The translations under genes and the position numbers were made by a program. A DNA stretch of 43,035 nucleotides from a virus (lineage: Duplodnaviria; Caudoviricetes), in the IMG/VR virus record IMGVR_UViG_3300030098_004559, positions 1 through 43,035 of that record. One strand, 5' to 3'. The notes under the pieces were generated by a model. That model saw nothing but the letters and a program-made list of their open reading frames with translations, was not told the origin of the DNA and ran no database searches. Positions 35,301-43,035 of the stretch are shown here, one piece after another. Every line of letters starts with the position of its first letter. Within the stretch, counting starts at the first letter, position 1.

Positions 35301-37765
35301 TTTGTAGAAGCTAAAAAAGACTCCCGTGTACCTTTAGTTTGTAAAAATGTCTTACTAGCTTTATATGCTGGTATATACGCTCTTCTAAACCCATAATGAT
35401 ATGCAAATAATTCAGCACCAAAACCCAGTGATTTACTTGTCCACCAAGCAGCATCTTCACTAGCCCCTAAAGAAACCATGCCTTTGCCTACAGCGTCAGC
35501 TGTTGCATGTATTCCATCTACTGCTAAAGTTAACGGATAAAATGCTGTTTCTATAGTCTTTGACCCTGCGTCATTAGCCATAATTGCTGGTTGCATATTT
35601 TTCTTGAATTGCTCACCCCAGCGATTCTTATACCCTTCATATGGACTAACGCCATTGCTCCAGTCTAAATAAATATCTTTTGAAGCTACTATTCCTGCAG
35701 CAAGAACAGTTGGTATTGATGCAACAAACTGTGTAGCTGCACCTGTACCTGTTGTAATATATGCTGATCCATCAACTATAGCGTCAACTATATTCTCAAA
35801 TATACCATCACCCTCTGTTGCTTTTACCAATAATTTTTCTGCAAGCTCACTATCATTTGGCTCAAAACGAAACTCCCACTGGCTTCCACTAGACTGCCTA
35901 GTAAGACCTTCATCACCACCGTACCCCATAACTCTAAATTTTGCATCCCGTCCACCAAACTCTAAAGTTTGTTCGTAACTATAAAAATGATTAAACTGAA
36001 CACCTTCACCGCTTTCCCCACCCATATACTCAGCACGTTTAAATGTGCTATTAGAATTTATTTGTTGGCCAACCAAAGCTTCTATAAACTTATTTTCCTC
36101 TGCTTTCTTTTCAGCATCAGATAGGTTTAAATTGTCAAATGGAGAAAAACCTTGTAAACCATACACATCTGTTTTCTTAAGCATGTCTTTTCTGTGTAAC
36201 ACCCAAACCCCATCATACTCAATAGAATTGTCGCTATTGTATTTAAAGCTATTTTTCCAAACTTGCATGCTAGGATTTTTAGTTTTAGTTAAATTTTCAT
36301 AGTTAGCTGTTGCAAAACCAGGAATCCATTCAGTTTCTTTCCATTTTTGATAAGTTTCTGGTATTTCTACATTAGTGCTAGGTATTTCGTCAAAGTCTAA
36401 ATTAGACATGTTGTCCCAATAAACATTGTTAGCTCCTGACTTAATTTGGTCTCTGTCAATTTTCATCATATAATAGTCGGGAGAGCTGTCTTTAATAACC
36501 TCAAATACTTGTGCTGCTTTTATTGCATTTTGGTTAATTATTTCTGCATCTATACTTTGATTTTTTTGTAATTTTTCTGGGTCCAAGTAATCAAAAGACA
36601 TTTGATTTACCATTTGTTTAACATCTGAATCTAAATTGTTTAACTCTAACTCTTTTTCTTCTTTTGATTTTGGCTCTATTTTGCCAAACATTTTAATAAA
36701 TTCTTCATTTTCAAATAAATCAGAATTATCTACAAAGTAATTATTTGATTCTTTTACTATGTTTTTAAAAGCATCAGTGTTAGCAAACATTTCTTTATCA
36801 GAAGGAAAGTTCATTGCATACATTTTTATAAACTTATCTCTGTCGTTTTCTAGTACTAAATTATTTAAAGCTGCTTGTTCCTCTGTGCTAAATGTTTTCC
36901 ACTCAGGCATAACTTCATCAATAATACTATTCCAGTTCATGTATTTGTTTTCTAGCTCAGACATTACAGAGCTAACAACATTTAAATCATTTACATTAAA
37001 AGACATTGTATTGCCATTTGTTTTCTTAAAAACAATATTATTGCCATCAATACTTACAATATTACCTTGATGTGAAATGTTTTGATTTGTAATAATATTA
37101 GCTAATTTAGGATTACCGTCATCATCTAATCCAGTTAGTTCATCTATTTTATTGTTAAACAAACTGTTCTCATGGTCTTTCATGTATTCATTAAACTCAT
37201 CTAAAGACAATGTTTCAGTAGTACCTATTTTCCTCAAGTAATCTTTGCCAATATCATCGTTTATAAAAGAATTATACAAATCTTCGTAAGAATCTTGTCT
37301 GTATGCAGCTTTATTTTCAGGAGAAGCTATTACAGTGTCAAGCTGTTCCGATGAAGGTAATTGTGATGTTATTTTTAATTGCGCATCTGTAGGAAACTTT
37401 AACCCCTCTCCAACTTCTACTTGGGGCGAATTAAAGTTTTTTTTAAAGTCTATATAGGATTCTTGGTCTGGATTTACTAACCCAAATTTAACATTTTGAT
37501 TATAAAACTCAAATGTTTCAGCCTCAGTTTTCTCTTCATTAGCAATTGTATTTAATTCTTCTTGCAATAATTCATCTGCAGTTTTAGTATATATATCTTC
37601 TTGTTGTTCTGGCTGGTTAGCCACTAAAGGCTTATAAGGCTCTACTTGTGTTTTGTACTCAGGATATTTTTGTATTAAAGCATTATAAAGTTTTTCATCT
37701 TCTACATCTTTATACTCTGGATACTTCTCTCTAATTTGTGATAAAAAATTATCTGAAGTAATCAT
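29393..37765 (-). CDS. Giant internal virion / DNA-ejection (polyvalent-type) protein
   Basis: 2790 aa; N-terminal IREKYPEY..KYPEY motif; C-terminal YIPH and LAPDWT motifs; last gene of the ejection-protein cluster. Confidence 0.65.
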   Translation of the reverse strand: MITSDNFLSQIREKYPEYKDVEDEKLYNALIQKYPEYKTQVEPYKPLVANQPEQQEDIYTKTADELLQEELNTIANEEKTEAETFEFYNQNVKFGLVNPDQESYIDFKKNFNSPQVEVGEGLKFPTDAQLKITSQLPSSEQLDTVIASPENKAAYRQDSYEDLYNSFINDDIGKDYLRKIGTTETLSLDEFNEYMKDHENSLFNNKIDELTGLDDDGNPKLANIITNQNISHQGNIVSIDGNNIVFKKTNGNTMSFNVNDLNVVSSVMSELENKYMNWNSIIDEVMPEWKTFSTEEQAALNNLVLENDRDKFIKMYAMNFPSDKEMFANTDAFKNIVKESNNYFVDNSDLFENEEFIKMFGKIEPKSKEEKELELNNLDSDVKQMVNQMSFDYLDPEKLQKNQSIDAEIINQNAIKAAQVFEVIKDSSPDYYMMKIDRDQIKSGANNVYWDNMSNLDFDEIPSTNVEIPETYQKWKETEWIPGFATANYENLTKTKNPSMQVWKNSFKYNSDNSIEYDGVWVLHRKDMLKKTDVYGLQGFSPFDNLNLSDAEKKAEENKFIEALVGQQINSNSTFKRAEYMGGESGEGVQFNHFYSYEQTLEFGGRDAKFRVMGYGGDEGLTRQSSGSQWEFRFEPNDSELAEKLLVKATEGDGIFENIVDAIVDGSAYITTGTGAATQFVASIPTVLAAGIVASKDIYLDWSNGVSPYEGYKNRWGEQFKKNMQPAIMANDAGSKTIETAFYPLTLAVDGIHATADAVGKGMVSLGASEDAAWWTSKSLGFGAELFAYHYGFRRAYIPAYKASKTFLQTKGTRESFLASTKAFINETSSYKPFYFVAEAARYNLKRYTINNPRVTNSPWIQEMSKKWGYDLKKNYSLKKLEPWEYVTRKEVPRATFQILPDFNINIKVPGQYLASGKAFEFNKKFKFKKYESSNLPKFLGLKKAGTKVEYDFQTQQFASRHLPEILADFSQLNYLEFMTKWDKALNKAGIGQADIVRWHSRFLKDPQFAKYKPRYKDSYGNQRNYFDANGEEAFNKKFGKNNQGKGLPADIIDADTRVAPVGSNVIIKNGKNEIKVDVGSKENALMVVNEIHMEIAGAAENVAINMGRAFVAEVDNFIADPKSNALVARFDNSLVGPVPGFQFVSLSTSTIPESNTMALVDITNQAKAENFSLFQNNLENTAIAITKKPDGATDVHVGVIAPESEQLNLFAQNNNSNVLNLDGTVAKAADGTNIHTISTTEQNTLIKESNNLINKSTTELKAPSSFEKLYSVKEELAIQINNLKTTRFKLESDLKKMSDKNTKALLQEKLDKIDETANNLYANLDKIDEAFASGSVPIEKVYHGNPVTKEVTEAPFDQTKVSTIIEDNSPIELAKKLNPKLWKKLMQNKEYKAEPWRVATELIKGELKKNPQKLLSDGSEYVMFRRMDSEAFVIPEFFDSKTGRYYSPTYGVSKGYAMASGRNMQPKSYPEIDTFYSIATAPPKPVVKKPSPKKKPTVEPTVKQPKITKVAETVDIKKGKVKPMTNEELSQLSFDGQLSYFNKKKDELVRIAQKKVGQKDLDKLGVDFLKNKKVVKESTMIRAIENEMKRIRQTKKTSEDLSDMMSWYKPGAGNQKILQKMPPEITERLKDLTGIEKEIELRKTQISTLKEKSTDWYMKTNELKNLTKEYNKVQIDNLTEITASLEKTTSKYRADLRNKDKIGLTKLDIESRKKIIKASERLRQRINQVLSGKISTEEASKVLSGINIRGIAKYIDIKRLIAKKKKKAPVYDVDQLTYIINNKNATIGPEANLSGSLESYTRNQAYKRAMKIINNTEAKLLRDIEFAEKVNAKIPNFADSWDIITYVENKTLVKEIQANNFVVKTTDKGKGNYFVKDDTYSDLVKRVENNPTKMNIIKQYQKRIENVRKDINKQLEVLGPDEYIKYIENYIPHMWDIKGKNLDDFVDSWRTRTKSKNKRIIPTYAEGIELGLKPKKITLGEMYKSYIEANHIMARNNLLLHQLKNTKNEFNNPIAMTNEARGKIYETVTNQIDYAKKNGYDDKFIESLEKELETVRKSNYRELKDEFVMRIFGESKDGVLMASKNPVFVHKDFYEIVKPFINNRYKMGMLGEGAVMLNQLYKSAFFLGSFFHFGSLSESSIAANARWYNPIRGFAVFSYPDPITGKKMSMRFPHRIGMKYMQTEYYDDAIRHGLTRETSATDYHRNYFINMADRILRYKEDKDPLVKAMLSPLSVIKPFKKGLEKFNESLWNNYHQGNKVFTWKDTVDKLMKDFPEADEFMVKTMVAEFVNDIYGGQPQFVLPNSKINKIWNDPKYKSTLGHILLAPDWTLSVQNQFWKGVGIRNKDYRAFYNDDPLLSPIQRKTYRRYVAMQIASLVGITELANLIISQLGDEEYEPFKYGLFTVNHTPLYTYILESGLMEGILTQTNKVVNTARARKWKDKKIKKLKTKPEVFSLGKQIGEVAEPLFPLINAAGGTLLFGNAPDRTVMDFMIKERNVFGSKLSPILQQTYELLTGMSPNGWEIKGAVPLFGKLKSDVTWTDWASFAGNSFVKKWTPISFNEESKSFINTFPVGSQMSVSEGIKHIDRLLLLYAEQEAQLDIMNEYKKGFGANIKYADFVTKLEDLMPETLEFLKESHKDLNVGALYNYRIKVLRNHYIKKFHEELHPSPKGKDKDIQELNMPKLFKYANSLARLHFTGEHLQRVLVNKYKIDYKHPKGGVLGDHPEGEEFADSIKVLIESMPEYEAGAQTNIEYLFWKGNRYELDKGYKKILQEKEIEDKSWEDFIE

Positions 37766-37767
37766 TG

Positions 37768-39483
37768 TTAGCCCGATTGCCCCATTCTAAAGGTTTTTGC
37801 TAGCTCTGGGTTGCTTCTTATTATTCTTTCAAACATTGCTTTAACTTGAGGGTCAGTGTTTAAATTTCTAAATTGTGGTGGTATTTTATACATAATTCCA
37901 TCTACATCAATTGTGTTGTCTTCACTAGTGCCAAATGTCCTAGCAGGCGGCGGTGTAGTATCAGTCATATCTAAATTAATACCTAGTCTATTATTAGGGT
38001 CAACTTGACTATCCTTTAACTTTGGATCAAATGTAAACGGAGAAACGTATTCAGCTGCTGGTATAGCTTTAGGTTTATATTTCTTTTTATATTCTGCTGG
38101 TATCTCAGCCTCTGGATTTGTATACCAACCCCATGCTTTATGCTGATTAGCAAACAACTCTATGTTTATCATTCTGTCTAATAAGCTTTGTGCATTGCCA
38201 GACTTAAAAAATTGCTCTAAATTTCTAATTTTACCTTGACCAGAGTATCCTATTTGTACCATAAAATTATCAAATGCTTCTTCTGAAACTAAATTAACTA
38301 ACACACCCATGTGAACGTCTACTTCATCACCGCTTGGGCTCGTAACAGTTACTAAACCTTTATCTCTAAACCATTTTTTAGTATTTAAATATTCATTTAG
38401 TGTTTTTTCGTCTCTTTCGTCTAGTTTTTTGTCAAAAGTATAAGCTGCAGGGTCATCTCTCATTACAGCTATTTGTGCATAAAAATCTTCTGAACTATCA
38501 GATGATATTTTTCCTAAAGGCGTATACCCTTCTACTCCTGAGCCTGGCACTGTATTTGCTAAAGGTGTACTTATTTTATACTCTTTAGTGGTTGGGTTGA
38601 AGTACATAACAGAATCAGCACCATATGTATCTTTTACATATTGCATAGGATTAAACTCTTCTTCCTCTACCCTTTTGTCAACGCCTACAAAAACTTGACC
38701 ATCTCTTGTACTTTTAGACATTTTATCGGCTTTAGCTTGTGTCCATCTTTCTTCCGTTTTATCCATTTTCTTTTTAAGATAGTTTATTCTGCTAGCAGTA
38801 ACAGCATTATTTTGTATATCTGCTAAGTATGATTCATATATTGCCCTAATTTCCCTAAGTCTTGCTTTATTATTTTCATCGCCTAATATAAAATCATCTT
38901 CAGTGTAATTTTCATAATCATCTAATATATTATTTATATCAATTGCAAATTGAGCTTCTTTAGTAGAAATAGGCTTTGTTTCAACACCTGTACCCTCATT
39001 CATAATTGACCTAAAATTGAACAATCTTTGCTTTGTTGCGTCTATATTTTCTATATCATATGAACCAACAATACCTAATCCTTCTGCTTGCAATTTAAAA
39101 TATTCGTTAATATTTACAGGGCTCGCATTAAGACCTTGCCCTTTAAGCCAGTTATCTAAAGCTTTTTCACTATACTGAAAATTATGAGTAGCTCCCGTTT
39201 CACTATCTGTGTATGTAAAATCTTTTAAAACAGTAGGTTTTTCTTCGGGGGCCGCTTTTACAGGAACTTTGCCACCAAATTGCTCATCTACAAATACATC
39301 AAATTCATTAGCAGTTCCAAAAAACCCTACCTCAGCACCTGAGGCATCAAGGTATTTATACATTTTTTTATTAGGAGTAGTAGTAGTATATTGTTTAGAG
39401 AGCAAGTTTCTATTTGCTTCTTGGTTTCTTTGGTATTCGTCTAAATCCCCTAATATTTGACGTACATCGCTTAAATCTGCCAT
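37768..39483 (-). CDS. Putative internal virion/ejection protein
   Basis: 571 aa; lies between the pilot-like protein and the giant protein; no motif recognised. Confidence 0.55.
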   Translation of the reverse strand: MADLSDVRQILGDLDEYQRNQEANRNLLSKQYTTTTPNKKMYKYLDASGAEVGFFGTANEFDVFVDEQFGGKVPVKAAPEEKPTVLKDFTYTDSETGATHNFQYSEKALDNWLKGQGLNASPVNINEYFKLQAEGLGIVGSYDIENIDATKQRLFNFRSIMNEGTGVETKPISTKEAQFAIDINNILDDYENYTEDDFILGDENNKARLREIRAIYESYLADIQNNAVTASRINYLKKKMDKTEERWTQAKADKMSKSTRDGQVFVGVDKRVEEEEFNPMQYVKDTYGADSVMYFNPTTKEYKISTPLANTVPGSGVEGYTPLGKISSDSSEDFYAQIAVMRDDPAAYTFDKKLDERDEKTLNEYLNTKKWFRDKGLVTVTSPSGDEVDVHMGVLVNLVSEEAFDNFMVQIGYSGQGKIRNLEQFFKSGNAQSLLDRMINIELFANQHKAWGWYTNPEAEIPAEYKKKYKPKAIPAAEYVSPFTFDPKLKDSQVDPNNRLGINLDMTDTTPPPARTFGTSEDNTIDVDGIMYKIPPQFRNLNTDPQVKAMFERIIRSNPELAKTFRMGQSG

Positions 39484-40019
39484 TATATACTATCCTTCTT
39501 AGACTGTAGTGTTGTTATTTGGTCCATAATGCCTTGTAATTGGTTTTGTCTTTGTTGATCCATAGCAAGCAACATATCTTCTTCTTGTGACGTTATATCG
39601 CCTAATGTGTTCTCTATACTTGTTCCAAGTTTTGCACGTGTACTGCCTAATAATTTCTCAGCAGAGCCAGAAGTTAAACCAGTTTGCGCTATTTTCCTAC
39701 GCATTGTAGGTATAGTTCCAACTGTGCTTTCAACAAATTGTTCTATAGCTTTACCTTTTTTCCTTTCTATTTGCCCACTTTTGTATGCCTCTAATTCTTT
39801 AAAGTATTCTTGTATACCAGGTATTTGACCTCGCAATCTATTCTGTTGGCTTGCAAGTCTGTCTCTCATTTTTTGTTTTCTTTTTCTAGCTGAACTAGCA
39901 CCAAGAAGAGCAACGATACCTCCGCCTACAGCACCCGCAACACCTAATGCAGGATTAATGCCACCCAGAGTTCCAGCTCCTTGTATAGCACCTGATATTA
40001 CTGCACCTAAATCTGACAT
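39483..40019 (-). CDS. Putative DNA ejection/pilot protein
   Basis: Gly/Ala-rich hydrophobic N-terminus followed by a basic, Gln-rich coiled coil, typical of small ejection proteins. Confidence 0.6.
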   Translation of the reverse strand: MSDLGAVISGAIQGAGTLGGINPALGVAGAVGGGIVALLGASSARKRKQKMRDRLASQQNRLRGQIPGIQEYFKELEAYKSGQIERKKGKAIEQFVESTVGTIPTMRRKIAQTGLTSGSAEKLLGSTRAKLGTSIENTLGDITSQEEDMLLAMDQQRQNQLQGIMDQITTLQSKKDSI

Positions 40020-41950
40020 TATCTACCTACCTTTTTAAATATATCTCTTAATCCTAAATTAGCATCCATATTTTCTTCACTAATAGCTCTATTTACAATA
40101 CTTCTGAAATCACTACCGAGCTTTATTTTGTCTATATCTTTTGATGCTCTAATTGGTTTAAATTCATTTAATTCTAAAGGAAATTTCTGAATATTAAATT
40201 TTGGACCTTCACTACCAAATCTATCTGTATCTAATAACCCCATTTTTCTAAGTTCGTTAAAACGCTTTCTATCTGCTTTTATTCTTTTTTCTTCATTTAG
40301 TTGTTTTACATATTCTTCCCACTTTTTACTACTATCTTTGGAAAGCTGTTTGATTTTCTTATCTCTATCTTCATTAAATTTTTTATTTCTGTCCTTCCCA
40401 CGTTTAGAAATATCACCTAGAAATTTACTAATATTTTCTTTAGCATTTTGCTGTTCAATAACATTTTTCATTTGTATATTTGCAGCTTGTTTTTCTTGCT
40501 CTTTTAGGTTACTGACAAATGTTTCCACATCTTCTATAGTTTCCAAATCTTTAAACTTGTATTCTTTTTCTTGGAACGCTGATCCAGGAGTTTTTAACAA
40601 TTTACCTCCTAATCCTGGTGGGCTATCAAACAACATGTCCTTTCCTTTTCTTAAATCTAAACCATATTCTGTTTGTAAAGCATTTAATTTTTGTAAATCT
40701 AACATTTTTTCTTTATGTGTTTTATCACTAGACAATATATTTTTAATTACAGGAGTTCCTTCCCATAAATTTAACGCATCTAATTGCTCCTCAATAGCAA
40801 GCTGATTTTTAAGTTCATCGCTACTTAAAAGACTAGTATCTTCAATAACATCTATATCCTCATCTTCAATAACATCATCATCAATTACCTCTGGCATAGG
40901 AGGTCTTAATTTATCATATATTAATTTATCAACATCATCTACGCTTTCTAATTTTTTTAAATAAGCACTAGGTACTTCATTTTCATTTTTTTGAAAACGT
41001 GCACCAGGTCTTTTTATTATATTCCAATATTTATTTGCAAACTTGGATTCTGGGTTTGGAGGAACTACTTCTACTTGGTCATCTACTAAATTTATATCGT
41101 ATGCTTCTGTTTTATCGACTAAATCTGTCAATAGTTCTAATGCTTCTTCATTATTTTTAGCATTAGATAAAATTTCTCTAACTACTGGATTGTATTCTGA
41201 TAATCCATAATTGTCCATAAATTCACCTATATAAGACTCTTGCCTTAATTTAGCTTCACGGTCATCAAAATCATCAAAATACTCTAAGTTTTGCTTATTA
41301 ATTAAATCAAGTTCTGGGTCAAATTCTTTTTCAATATCATCATCATCAATTACTTCTGGCATTGCAGGTCGCACTATTTTGTTGCCTTCCTCATCAAGTC
41401 CTTTTACAAAAGCCCCGTGTTTTTTATACCTATCAGTTCCAAAATCGCTTATTTTTTTATATCCAGAAGGAAGAATAGTTCCTCCTTCCAAACCAGCTTT
41501 TATATACTTATCTCTTTCCATGTCAGGCATACTTTTAAATTTAAAAAAATCTTTCAGATTACCAACAAATCCTTTATCCTTGAATTGATCAAAAATTTCT
41601 TGCTCACTTACACCCTCAGACATATCTAAAGCTCTTTGGATATTTGTTTTTTTTAAGTCTACATTAATTCCCTTGTCTCTAAACGCAGCAAGCTCTTCTT
41701 CTGTGTAGTCTGCAGTTCCTAAAGCTTCTTTTAAATTAAAACCAAATCCACCTTTTTTGGCTATGTCAAATGCTTTTTTATCTTTAGCAAAACGAGAGCC
41801 TAAAGACGCTGCACTTTTCATAATAGACGATAGTTCTGCTTGCTCTTTTGCTAAATCTTTTTCATCTTGTGCGACAGAGGATAGCACGCTTTTTGTAGCG
41901 GCTGTAGATATCGGCTGGTATAATGCTTTTAATGTTCTTATATTTGACAT
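40019..41950 (-). CDS. Putative internal virion protein with a ~155-aa tandem duplication
   Basis: 643 aa; repeats RPAMPEVIDDD/RPPMPEVIDDD and PGARFQ/PGSAFQ. Confidence 0.6.
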   Translation of the reverse strand: MSNIRTLKALYQPISTAATKSVLSSVAQDEKDLAKEQAELSSIMKSAASLGSRFAKDKKAFDIAKKGGFGFNLKEALGTADYTEEELAAFRDKGINVDLKKTNIQRALDMSEGVSEQEIFDQFKDKGFVGNLKDFFKFKSMPDMERDKYIKAGLEGGTILPSGYKKISDFGTDRYKKHGAFVKGLDEEGNKIVRPAMPEVIDDDDIEKEFDPELDLINKQNLEYFDDFDDREAKLRQESYIGEFMDNYGLSEYNPVVREILSNAKNNEEALELLTDLVDKTEAYDINLVDDQVEVVPPNPESKFANKYWNIIKRPGARFQKNENEVPSAYLKKLESVDDVDKLIYDKLRPPMPEVIDDDVIEDEDIDVIEDTSLLSSDELKNQLAIEEQLDALNLWEGTPVIKNILSSDKTHKEKMLDLQKLNALQTEYGLDLRKGKDMLFDSPPGLGGKLLKTPGSAFQEKEYKFKDLETIEDVETFVSNLKEQEKQAANIQMKNVIEQQNAKENISKFLGDISKRGKDRNKKFNEDRDKKIKQLSKDSSKKWEEYVKQLNEEKRIKADRKRFNELRKMGLLDTDRFGSEGPKFNIQKFPLELNEFKPIRASKDIDKIKLGSDFRSIVNRAISEENMDANLGLRDIFKKVGR

Positions 41951-41984
41951 ATTTTTATAGTATCTATCAACTTAATATACATAT

Positions 41985-42104
41985 TTATTGACTATTAATC
42001 CAATCAATGATTTCATTAATTTTATCTATACAATTCTTTATAAGAGCACCTTCTTCAGTTGTTTCTAATAAAGCATCAGTATTATCATATTCTATTTTAT
42101 CCAT
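41985..42104 (-). CDS. Small hypothetical protein (39 aa)
   Basis: MDKIEYDNTDALLETTEEGALIKNCIDKINEIIDWINSQ; AGGAG SD; TAATG coupling. Confidence 0.6.
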   Translation of the reverse strand: MDKIEYDNTDALLETTEEGALIKNCIDKINEIIDWINSQ

Positions 42105-43035
42105 TATACGTATACTCCTTTTAAATTCATACTAAACTCAAAATAATAATAAGTACTTGTATCTGTCGTGGTTCTTCTTAATGCTGGTATAATAATATCT
42201 CCTGCCGATAAAGAAACCGATAGTCCAGTTTCTCCAATTTTATACAAAATATTTCCAGTAGCACTAACTGATTGGGTACTTCCAATAGCGCTTAAAGAAT
42301 AGTTTCCAGCACTACCATAAGTTACGCCAGTTCCCTTCAGCATACATAGTTCATAAGTTTGCGAGCTTGTAAAATTGCCATAAAAATAATATTCAGTTAA
42401 TGTTATATCGTCAGTGATAACAAGGCAAGGATTATATGAGTCTAACCATGTTGTTCTTTTGGTTGAACTGGAACTTGTACTGCTCCAATTAACAGAGTTC
42501 ATTCCATAAACTGTCGATGGATAATACCAATTATCAAATCTAGTATAGAACCTAGCGTTTTGATGATACCTCCATCTATTATCTACAGTTGCACCATTAT
42601 TTGTTAGCTGAACATTATTACCAACATCATCTCTAAAATAAAGATTAGTAGGCGTGTCATTCTTTACCCATAATTGCCCGTATTCTTGCTCAATACCTGG
42701 ACTACTAGCAGCTTCTTTTAAATTTAAAGTAGCTTGATTAATAAAGCCAGTTTCAGTCCCGTTGTGTTTAAAAATAGTACCTTTACCACCTCCAGCAGTA
42801 TCTCTTGAATCAAGAACAATAGTTTGATGAGAATCTATTGTAGTATGTCCACGAGAATCTAGCAATATATCCCCATCGATATCAAAGCTTAAATTAGCTG
42901 CTTCAGCTGCATTATCATGAGTTACAATAGTTGTTGCTCCATGCTCTTCGCATTTTATTTGAAGATAATCGTCAGAAGACTCTCCACCATTTTCATATAG
43001 TCTTAATTGTGAATAACTTCCATCTTCTGCTTGAA
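42104..43035 (-). CDS. Tail fibre/virion structural protein, C-terminal part
   Basis: Frame is open from 43035 (QAEDGSYSQLRLYENGGESSDDYLQIKCEEHGATT...) to the stop at 42104; contains a YGQLWVKNDTPTNLYFRDD fibre-type motif. Confidence 0.75.
   Translation of the reverse strand, partial: QAEDGSYSQLRLYENGGESSDDYLQIKCEEHGATTIVTHDNAAEAANLSFDIDGDILLDSRGHTTIDSHQTIVLDSRDTAGGGKGTIFKHNGTETGFINQATLNLKEAASSPGIEQEYGQLWVKNDTPTNLYFRDDVGNNVQLTNNGATVDNRWRYHQNARFYTRFDNWYYPSTVYGMNSVNWSSTSSSSTKRTTWLDSYNPCLVITDDITLTEYYFYGNFTSSQTYELCMLKGTGVTYGSAGNYSLSAIGSTQSVSATGNILYKIGETGLSVSLSAGDIIIPALRRTTTDTSTYYYFEFSMNLKGVYV

Noticed and set aside
495-41960. Numerous 60-180 aa ORFs antisense to, or nested in, the long genes (e.g. 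3985-4317, 7829-8233, 13034-13459, 30051-30596, 40338-40805)
   Set aside because: Shadow frames of real genes, with Ser/Leu/Phe-rich composition and no recognisable motifs.
1-43035. Stop-codon reassignment or a suppressor tRNA
   Set aside because: Long genes are intact under the standard code, all three stop codons are used, and the tRNA anticodon is GTA.

Overview
The window looks like a complete or near-complete ~43 kb AT-rich tailed-phage genome of podovirus-like organisation, opened inside a tail-fibre-like gene whose two halves join in frame across the window ends. It has two arms that diverge from a ~1.1 kb region without credible ORFs (14596-15717). The minus arm carries terS, terL, a P22-like portal, scaffold, a DUF5309/SU10-type major capsid protein, small basic proteins, tail and adaptor proteins, ejection proteins including a 2790-aa giant, a LamG protein and a lysis cassette. 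The plus arm carries many small early genes, a GP88-like protein, two minimal C5 cytosine methyltransferases flanking tRNA-Tyr(GTA), an SSB/Cas4-like exonuclease/Sak recombination module, a lambda O-like initiator with an internal iteron origin, a GIY-YIG protein and a RuvC-like resolvase. I recognised no integrase, repressor, DNA/RNA polymerase or CRISPR array. The most notable unexplained signal is a ~555-nt end-to-end paired, hairpin-dense candidate large non-coding RNA (15111-15665, ROOL/GOLLD-like in size and context, family unassigned), preceded by a boxB/boxA-like leader. Several smaller structured intergenic RNA candidates also occur in the early region. All calls come from reading the sequence by eye; no searches or folding programs were run.
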